Below are positions 17,722-25,200 of a DNA stretch of 64,000 nt, piece by piece. Source of the stretch: a phage; the sequence record NC_135731.1, one strand, 5' to 3'. The position numbers and the translations under genes are program-made. Each line of letters starts with the position of its first letter. The first letter of the stretch is position 1. The notes below the pieces were generated by a model that was not told the origin of the DNA, searched no databases, and saw nothing but the letters and a program-made list of their open reading frames with translations.

Positions 17722-17985
17722 ATGGCAACAGAGTTAAAATTTGCATCAAACCGTAAAACTAAGAAGTATCTGTCCTCAGTAGCTCCAGGCACTGTGGTGA
17801 TGTTTGTTGATGAACTTGGGGATGTGAATACAGCACTTGTTGTAAAATCACATCCTGCAAACATATATGTTGGGGTATTTGACCTGTTCAGAAAGGTGTT
17901 TGTAGAACTACCTCACAGTTTGGTTGTTACAGAAATGGATGCCTGCATAGAAATTCTTGGCGAAGTTATGGTGGAGGAACAATAA
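17722..17985 (+). CDS. small paralog family protein 1 of 4 (87 aa)
   Basis: Strong RBS AGAGGAGG; shares a pattern (basic N-terminus, G-x-VV, VxxFDL, ELD..I.ILGE) with the three following ORFs. Confidence 0.65.
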   Translation: MATELKFASNRKTKKYLSSVAPGTVVMFVDELGDVNTALVVKSHPANIYVGVFDLFRKVFVELPHSLVVTEMDACIEILGEVMVEEQ

Positions 17986-18248
17986 TGGCTACTAGCATTG
18001 TATTCAATTCTAAGGTGAAGAACAAAAAGCGTGCAGACAGTTTTCCGTGTGGGACCGTGGTAAGTTGCGACGGAGACGGCATTCAAAACATAGTTATGAT
18101 TGTCAAAACAGGAGAACATTGTGTGTGGGGTTTCGATTTAGAAAATAATGAGTTGTACGATCTGCCGCCAAACATGAAAGTTACAGAGCTTGACACCAAA
18201 ATTACCATCCTTGGAGAGACAAGCTATTCAAAAGAAGGAGGAGAATAA
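17985..18248 (+). CDS. small paralog family protein 2 of 4 (87 aa)
   Basis: TAATG stop-start overlap with paralog 1; FPCGTVV ... WGFDL ... ELDTKITILGE. Confidence 0.65.
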   Translation: MATSIVFNSKVKNKKRADSFPCGTVVSCDGDGIQNIVMIVKTGEHCVWGFDLENNELYDLPPNMKVTELDTKITILGETSYSKEGGE

Positions 18249-18511
18249 TGACCACAAAAATCACTATCGCAGAACCGAAAGCCAACACTCAACCTATCGA
18301 AAAGTTTAAGTGCGGTGAGGTGGTAACATTCACACCAGATAATGAAGATGCTAAGATTTTCGCAATGGTCACAGCTGAGTGGATGTGCGACAACACCACA
18401 CAAGTGCTACGTTTCGATACCTACCTCACAGATGAGATCCGAAACGATAAGATCGTGACAGGTGTGGACACTGAAATTATTTTCTACAAGAGCTTTTTAG
18501 AGGGTTTCTGA
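18248..18511 (+). CDS. small paralog family protein 3 of 4 (87 aa)
   Basis: TAATG overlap with paralog 2; FKCGEVV ... LRFDTYL ... GVDTEIIFY. Confidence 0.6.
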   Translation: MTTKITIAEPKANTQPIEKFKCGEVVTFTPDNEDAKIFAMVTAEWMCDNTTQVLRFDTYLTDEIRNDKIVTGVDTEIIFYKSFLEGF

Positions 18512-18512
18512 T

Positions 18513-18746
18513 ATGGCAAAAATTCGTAAATTATCCAGCAATCAGGTTGTGAAAGACTTTGAATCTGGAGAGATTCTGTATGTTCGTGATGCAGATGACG
18601 AAGGTGAAGATCTTGTTATGTTGGTGGGGCACGCTGAGGACGGATGCATCCAAGCTGTTTTTCTTGAAACAGCTATGGTGCACTGGATAGAGCTGGACCT
18701 GAAAGCACGAAAACCTAAAGCAGAAATCCTGATTTACGAAGATTAA
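18513..18746 (+). CDS. small paralog family protein 4 of 4 (77 aa), most divergent
   Basis: Starts 2 nt after paralog 3; similar length and hydrophobic/acidic pattern (ESGEILYV ... ELDLKARKP..ILIYED). Confidence 0.55.
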   Translation: MAKIRKLSSNQVVKDFESGEILYVRDADDEGEDLVMLVGHAEDGCIQAVFLETAMVHWIELDLKARKPKAEILIYED

Positions 18747-18762
18747 CAAAAAGGAGATAGCC

Positions 18763-19212
18763 GTGTTGAGCAAACGTGAATGCGACAGCATTAGCCTGAA
18801 TTCTTATAAGAAACAATGGTTTGGGGTGGAAGTTTGCCGACTGCGGCTAGGCTCCTACCTGAACTTCGTTTATTATGAGAGTGACAGTCGTATCGTTTCT
18901 TATGAAGTGTTCTACACTAAGAACACCTTCGAACTGCGCCGTAAAGTGGATGGTGGGAGAACTACCCCCCAGAATAATTGGGAAACTATCCTACCTACAG
19001 ATGTTATAGGAAGTCCCCTGAATGTATCTGAAGATGAAAATCTTATGGTTCATGCTATGATGGGACTTGACAGCTTAGAGCTGGCGATCTATGATATGTC
19101 CATCGAAGCAGTTAAGCTGGACTACATCGAAAACACTTTAGAGGAAGGTATCAAGAAGTTTCTCAGTGAGAAATTAAAAGACCACTTTCATAAGGAGCTA
19201 TATCTGTTATGA
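18763..19212 (+). CDS. hypothetical protein (149 aa)
   Basis: GTG start with AAGGAGA RBS; co-directional in the early operon. Confidence 0.55.
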   Translation: MLSKRECDSISLNSYKKQWFGVEVCRLRLGSYLNFVYYESDSRIVSYEVFYTKNTFELRRKVDGGRTTPQNNWETILPTDVIGSPLNVSEDENLMVHAMMGLDSLELAIYDMSIEAVKLDYIENTLEEGIKKFLSEKLKDHFHKELYLL

Positions 19213-19454
19213 AGACCCGTAAAGAACGTAACAAAATTTTACCTGGAGCTCTCGAACACCTGATGAAGTGCAGATCTATTTGGCACTCTGCCAAGGAAGG
19301 GCAGAAGGTGGTTGTGGTTAGTGACAATACCAACCCGTTTGGAGATTATACCACCATGATGGCCCCATATGTCCGTGATGGCGTTGTAGAAGTTGTCCCT
19401 TACAACGGTTTGCATGAACGGCACTTTGAAAGCACTTTGCTAGTGGAGCTATAG
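19209..19454 (+). CDS. hypothetical protein (81 aa)
   Basis: ATGA overlap with the preceding gene. Confidence 0.5.
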   Translation: MKTRKERNKILPGALEHLMKCRSIWHSAKEGQKVVVVSDNTNPFGDYTTMMAPYVRDGVVEVVPYNGLHERHFESTLLVEL

Positions 19455-19456
19455 TC

Positions 19457-20023
19457 ATGGCGGTCAATGTGGCTTACAACACAGGAAAGCTTGACAGAGA
19501 CATTGGATGTCTTGTCCTTTCAGATACAGAAGAGTATTGGGGCTATGGGTTGCTGTCAGACCCACACCCGAGCAACCTTGTATCAACAGTGCTATACCGC
19601 TACGACCCTGTGCCAACGGTACACGACAAAGACATTCACGACCTTCGGATCAAGTGTCTGGAAGATCTGCTGAACAATGGTTGCAATGATCTGCGGGTAG
19701 CCAAAGAGAAGCTTACAAACATTCACAAAGAGGAAGTGATGAGCACCCTAAGTAAGAGATCAGTGCACAAAAAGATGATGCTGAACTTTGCAATGGGTAT
19801 CTACATGGACGGATATAAGGGTGGGGATCCGATCCTCAAACTTCGCTGCCCAACACTGTGGGAAAGGGTGGTTGACAGTAAGGACGGTACTGCCCTGCTT
19901 GAGCTACACACTGCAGGTTGGATTTGGCGGTATGTGGACGGATACCCTCTGTGGGCATGTGGACCTGGGGAATTTGTTGACAGACCTAGCGCGGTAGTGG
20001 ACTTACTATTGCAGTTTGAATAA
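19457..20023 (+). CDS. hypothetical protein (188 aa)
   Basis: Co-directional ORF; no motif recognised. Confidence 0.6.
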   Translation: MAVNVAYNTGKLDRDIGCLVLSDTEEYWGYGLLSDPHPSNLVSTVLYRYDPVPTVHDKDIHDLRIKCLEDLLNNGCNDLRVAKEKLTNIHKEEVMSTLSKRSVHKKMMLNFAMGIYMDGYKGGDPILKLRCPTLWERVVDSKDGTALLELHTAGWIWRYVDGYPLWACGPGEFVDRPSAVVDLLLQFE

Positions 20024-20081
20024 AAAAGGTGAGTTATAAGGTATTCATACACCTACCAACAATACAACAGGAGAGACTGAG

Positions 20082-20357
20082 ATGACGAAAGAAGAAGCCG
20101 ACGTATTAGATTTTGCACTAGAGGCTACGCAGGAGGCTTTGGTGTTAGCTTGGAAAATGAACCAGCGTGCTGCAGAATGCAACCGCCGCATCAATGAGAT
20201 TCTAGGCATGTCCATGTATGATTTCACCATGCATGCTGGAGAGATCCCTGAATTAACTGCTGAGATGAATGATCTTGACGATAAAATTAATATCATTCTG
20301 AAGACAGCGGAAACAACTCACCAAACCGCCCGTAAATTTATCAACGAGAAGGTGTGA
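20082..20357 (+). CDS. hypothetical helical protein (91 aa)
   Basis: RBS-like AGGAGAGA upstream; co-directional. Confidence 0.55.
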   Translation: MTKEEADVLDFALEATQEALVLAWKMNQRAAECNRRINEILGMSMYDFTMHAGEIPELTAEMNDLDDKINIILKTAETTHQTARKFINEKV

Positions 20358-20359
20358 AT

Positions 20360-20824
20360 ATGGACTACAGCTACTGCGGGGAAGAGGTCCCTTTTAACTA
20401 CAGCAATCTTACCACAAGCAATCCATATGAGACACGCCACGGCACACACATCATTGCCATTGACTTTGATGGAACATTTAATGCGAGTCCTTTCATCTTC
20501 TCCCGCCTGATCAGGGACCTGAAGAAGGAGAGGTGGACAGTATACCTTGTGACTTTCCGATTCATTACTCAAGACAATGTGGACATTGAGTATTGGCGCA
20601 AGGAGCTTGATGTTGGTGTGTTTTATACTGGAGGTATTCAGAAGGCAGCCTATCTGGCGCAGTTTGATATCTACCCAGATATCTGGATTGATGATTCTCC
20701 GGCATGTATTCCGGCTAAAAATCAGTTAGAGTTTGCAATGAAGGAGATCGAGTATAAGTCTGAGGCTAAGCGGAACGGATGGCCTTTTATTATTGAAGAT
20801 TACCCAGATCCTGAACCGGAGTAA
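20360..20824 (+). CDS. HAD-superfamily hydrolase (possible 5'(3')-deoxyribonucleotidase)
   Basis: HAD motif I IIAIDFDGTF (DxDGT) and C-terminal acidic motif IWIDDSP; ATG at 20360 with AAGG RBS preferred over the GTG at 20354. Confidence 0.5.
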   Translation: MDYSYCGEEVPFNYSNLTTSNPYETRHGTHIIAIDFDGTFNASPFIFSRLIRDLKKERWTVYLVTFRFITQDNVDIEYWRKELDVGVFYTGGIQKAAYLAQFDIYPDIWIDDSPACIPAKNQLEFAMKEIEYKSEAKRNGWPFIIEDYPDPEPE

Positions 20825-20829
20825 GAGCC

Positions 20830-21000
20830 ATGAGGCGAAGATATCATTACCTGATGTGGAAGTTATATCATGGTGCTGCTAAAGCTTACCGCACCGTGTT
20901 TAGTAATGACAATCACTGCATTATGTTACGCCTTGCCGCCATTGAACACCACAATGAGTGGATTCGTGCAATCGTAATAGGTGACAAAGATTTTAAGTAA
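20830..21000 (+). CDS. small hypothetical protein (56 aa), below the ORF-track size cutoff
   Basis: ATG 6 nt after the preceding stop with GGAG upstream; reads MRRRYHYLMWKLYHGAAKAYRTVFSNDNHCIMLRLAAIEHHNEWIRAIVIGDKDFK. Confidence 0.4.
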   Translation: MRRRYHYLMWKLYHGAAKAYRTVFSNDNHCIMLRLAAIEHHNEWIRAIVIGDKDFK

Positions 21001-21030
21001 AGTATTGCTTTCTAGATGGAGACTGATTAA

Positions 21031-21411
21031 ATGTGCAAGTGTAAATCCTATAATTGGAAAGTGAAAGGTGCCAAGCATCAAAATGTTATCGTTGATGTGC
21101 CTAAAAAGCTCCGTGACGGCAAAAAACGTGTGTGCCTTGATAAGTGCATGGTTAAGCCTATCATGAGTCTATGGGCGGCAGGATTGAAAACTCTAAACTG
21201 CTGCTGTGGTCATAACAAAGATGTTCCAAGTATAATTATCCCAGAAGATGCAGACCCTAAAGCTTATGCCAAAATACTGACCCGCTACCCCAGCACCTTC
21301 CTGATCGGAAAATGGTGTCACGATGAACTTCAATGGTGGGTAGCGTACGGTAGTATAGGTACTGCTTTTGGCTTTCCAGCCCTGTCAGAGCGCTACGTAA
21401 AAGTGTCATAA
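21031..21411 (+). CDS. cysteine-rich (zinc-binding-like) protein, 126 aa
   Basis: Cys clusters MCKCKS, CLDKC and NCCCGH suggest a zinc-binding fold; family not identified. Confidence 0.5.
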   Translation: MCKCKSYNWKVKGAKHQNVIVDVPKKLRDGKKRVCLDKCMVKPIMSLWAAGLKTLNCCCGHNKDVPSIIIPEDADPKAYAKILTRYPSTFLIGKWCHDELQWWVAYGSIGTAFGFPALSERYVKVS

Positions 21412-21420
21412 TCGATTTTA

Positions 21421-21438
21421 AGGCCTCAAACGAGGCCT
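21421..21438 (+). terminator. stem-loop after the Cys-rich gene (weak terminator)
   Basis: AGGCCTC-AAAC-GAGGCCT hairpin 10 nt after the stop; poor T-tract. Confidence 0.3.
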
Positions 21439-21516
21439 GTGCCTTCATAAATTGTCCTACCTTATGTGATTACCCTCCTGAACAAAATACCTCTCCAAAA
21501 TCGTTTAAAATTAAGC

Positions 21517-21545
21517 TTGACACCAACATCAGATCTATGTATGAT
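21517..21545 (+). promoter_or_regulatory. sigma70-type promoter (TTGACA-17 nt-TATGAT)
   Basis: Perfect -35 21517-21522, 17-nt spacer, -10 TATGAT 21540-21545; overlaps the track ATG at 21537, implying the real start is ATG 21576. Confidence 0.5.
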
Positions 21546-21575
21546 TATCTCACCAACCAAACAGAGGAGATCGTC

Positions 21576-21983
21576 ATGAACAATCTTGCAGATGTAAATG
21601 TCGAAATTGTTAAACTAAAGTTCTTGGGCTTTCGAGACCCTTATTCTTTAACAGCTATACTAATGGATACTCACTTCACACCAGGTAAAGAGTACACAGC
21701 CTTCCGTTATATTTGTGGAGATCACGAATCAGCTTATAGTGTGAATACAAACCTCGGCGAGGGATATTTCATCAAAGATATCACAGATCACTTGTGGGGT
21801 ATGTGGGAGTTGGTGGAGAAAGAGAATAAATCCCTCCCCAAAGAGATTTGGGTGCACACCTTTCACACAGGTAAGTTTGGGGGTACGGAACATAAGTCTA
21901 TCCACTATGATGAAGAAAGCGCCATAAAACAGCAAGCTGTGCTTGGTGGATCTGTAGAAAAATTTGTTAAATGCGAGGACTGA
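21576..21983 (+). CDS. hypothetical protein (track start 21537 is the alternative)
   Basis: ATG 21576 has RBS GAGGAGA 5 nt upstream and lies downstream of the predicted promoter. Confidence 0.55.
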   Translation: MNNLADVNVEIVKLKFLGFRDPYSLTAILMDTHFTPGKEYTAFRYICGDHESAYSVNTNLGEGYFIKDITDHLWGMWELVEKENKSLPKEIWVHTFHTGKFGGTEHKSIHYDEESAIKQQAVLGGSVEKFVKCED

Positions 21984-21986
21984 GAA

Positions 21987-22187
21987 ATGGCTGATTTTTG
22001 CAAAGATTGTTCTGAAGAGTTGTTTGGTCGTGACTGCGGAGATCTGAAAGGACTGATCACAGAAGACCAGTGGAAGGAAGGTTACGCGGCACCTGTTATC
22101 TGTGAAGGCTGTGGTTACACCTATGTCGATCATGAAGGTAAGCGTGTCCAGCCGTCTGAAGATGGGTCGTGTTGGGAATATTACTAA
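21987..22187 (+). CDS. zinc-ribbon protein (66 aa)
   Basis: Two CxxC pairs (CKDC ... CEGC); last gene before the bidirectional terminator. Confidence 0.5.
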   Translation: MADFCKDCSEELFGRDCGDLKGLITEDQWKEGYAAPVICEGCGYTYVDHEGKRVQPSEDGSCWEYY

Positions 22188-22191
22188 TTAT

Positions 22192-22228
22192 AAAAAGAAA
22201 GGGGCCGTTTGGCCCCTTTTTTATTTTC
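22192..22228. terminator. bidirectional rho-independent terminator between convergent operons
   Basis: GGGGCC-GTTT-GGCCCC hairpin flanked by an A-run on one side and a T-run on the other (AAAAAGAAA ... TTTTTTATTTT); sits between the plus-strand stop at 22187 and the minus-strand stop at 22235. Confidence 0.7.
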
Positions 22229-22234
22229 CTCCTG

Positions 22235-25200
22235 TTAACTAGGGAAGTTTGTATAAGCTTCGAGATGGTATTGCTGGTTACCAGGTAGCATAACACCTAT
22301 GCTTGCAATACCTAATGTTCTACCACCAGGGTTCCACTGAAACTTAAATCCAATCCAACCCGAGCTTCTGGCTGCATCAATGTTATCACTGTACCCAAAA
22401 GTGGCTAGACCATCAACACCTGCTCCGAAAAGCAGTTGTATCTGGTTCCTTGGTAGGCCAATAATTTCAGGTATGTAAGCACCAAAAAATGTAGGGTTGG
22501 TGGTTGTGGTCGGATTGTTCATTACCGGACCGGTAAAGACCCTCATATTAGACGTTCCTGCAGGTCTAGGGTAGGCCCCGTCAAGAGGATTTCCTTCCCA
22601 AATAAACCACTGAGGTGCCATCTGTTTGACAGTGAATGATGTTGAGGACGTTTTGCGGCCTGCATCATCTGTAACTACAAACTTTATAGTGACATTCCCA
22701 GCAGCTTTAAATGTTACCAATCCTGTGGCAGCGTCCACTGTTGCAATGTTGGTATTACTACTTTCCCAAGTCTTTCTAATCCCGGATACATTGGAAGGGG
22801 TAATAGAAGGTTCCTGCATCTGCAGTTGACCACCCACAATCCCTATGCCGTTGCCTGGATTATACAGCACACCAACCTCGTCTATAATGTTCCCTGCTTT
22901 GAGACTATACTTCCTTGAGAAGTTGTAGGTTCCGTTATAAGTGTGTGTCCCTGAGAAGGTGACATCTGCCTTTCCGTAAGAGATGCAAACCAAAGCATAC
23001 TTCCTGTCAGGCAACGTTGCTCCAGTCTCCGGGTGAGTTTTACCCACCTGAAACACACTTGGGTCAGTGGAGTCGTGGCTATCACTAACGGAGCTTGGAC
23101 CACCCATCAGTTGTGACAAGCAATTCCTTACCCATGTCCAGTTATTATCGCTGGAGAAGTCCACAGTTAAATCAAACACAACCCACTCATTTGGCTTCCA
23201 CACAGGTGTTGTAATGGACTTGCCTACACCGCCTCCTTGGAGTGTTGCCGACTGTTCAGTGATCAGGGCCGCATAGGCCAGAGTTCCTAAACTCAGAGTC
23301 TGGCTTGCTGTCCTCACTACCTTAGAATCAGCATCTGTGAAGTTGTTGATGATTTGGAATGTGCCATAAGTGTTTTTACAGGTAATTCTGGCGTTCAGTG
23401 TGTCAATCTTTCTCACATCTGCCATAGCAGTGTTAGACACAGAGAAGTCAGAAGCTTTAGCTGAGTTTGCCGCAACAGCAGGATCAACGTTAAGAGTTGC
23501 GTTGAACTGACAAGCGGGGGTAACCAGCAGCTTGTTATCACCTATTTGCTTCCATGAAACACTTTGAACAGGAAGATTCCATTTAATACCTGAGAAAACC
23601 TTAGCAACCCTTGGCCCCAAAGCTCCAGTCCTGTTGTCTTTACAGCACATAGACATGGTGATCGTTGACGGAGTGGCCTGACCAAATAATTGCTGTGCTT
23701 TTGCAGAGGACATAGTGTAGAAATTGTCCTTAACAAACTCATCAGCGGCTAAAGATCCGTCAGCCCTCCACCACTGCACCTGATACCCAGTCTTATCCCA
23801 GCCACCGACCTGCTTCAGGTCTTCCCAGGAGATTTCCAGATCCCCAGTGGTAGGGTTGATTGCAGCAGTTCCTGGTGTTCCAGAGGACCATAATGGGATA
23901 TCGAACCACGCTGGTTTAACAGATTGTACTGCGCTCGGTCCTATTGCAGCAGCAAGTTGCTGACCCATCAACACACGAGCATCTTTTACCAGACCCCACT
24001 CAATCATAGACCCAGAGTAGCCCTCTTTCTTGTAGGCTGAGGATCCGTTCAAATGGATGAGTCGGCTTGTGCCAAAGTTATGTGCTCCACCACCGTTGTC
24101 GTCTGCAAAATTGGTTATGATTCTGTCCCTGATGTTTTTCCATGCCCTGCCTCCAATCTCATAGTCATGGTCATAACATCTTTGCAGTGTTGTCCAGCAA
24201 ATGATCGCCATCCTTCTACCATCGCTGAATCCAAAGGCCTGATCGTTAAGCTCTCTCCACAAGTAGCAGTTAGTGGTCCACATGGCCCTATGAATGTTAA
24301 ACCAGTTTATAGATTTGGCTGAGTTGTCCCACTGAGTCCCAGGTAATTCAGGCCATACTGCATTGACCAGCATGTCTTCTGTTCCTGCATCAACCAAGAA
24401 CCCTCTTACCTTCTTACCCATGCCTACCCTATCTTTTGCAATCCAGCTGCCAAACAATCTCAGTTTTGGACCGTAGACAACATCTTCCGGATGCTCAAAA
24501 GAAACATATTTTAGGTATATTGTAGGGTCACCATAGGTGCCATCACAAACAGCTTTGTGCATGTTCTCGCCAAGGTCTAGACGAAGTCCTGTTACAACTT
24601 TAGACGTGTCGGTGAATTTGTCTGTTAAATCAAACTCATACCACCACCAACCTGCACCCAACAATACTTTCTTACAACGCTGTGCGTCTGTATCAGATAT
24701 TCTCTTATCCCCTGCAAAAGGTGAGTCAGCAAACTGATAGTGCAGAGCGATCTCAAAAGGATGTGTGGATGTCCCGTTTTCTGCAAGAACTTGTTTACCT
24801 ATCAGGTCGCACTTAATGATCATCACAACACGTTTGTATCCGTTTGTTACCGGAATTTGCATGGACATGGATGTCCCATCCATGTTTGATCTCAGTGCAG
24901 TCATGATGATATAAGGGTCAACGGCATTGCCCAAAGTCTCAGGACCGGGGATTATCTTATACTTCTTGACCTGCCCCATGATGTAGTCACTTGCGTAAGT
25001 TGCCTCATTCAAGCAAGATCCCCCACCAGGTAACTCACCAGGTCCCCAGAAAAATGCGCCGTAACAGTTGTAGAACCACTTGTTAGGATCGTATTTATTC
25101 TTGAAGGTCTGAACCTCGTTGGCCTGTTTTGTCAAGAAAACCTGCGTGTCTGTGAAGATTGCAGGGTTTACTCTCGCCTGTCTTGGAGGGTAACCTGTAG

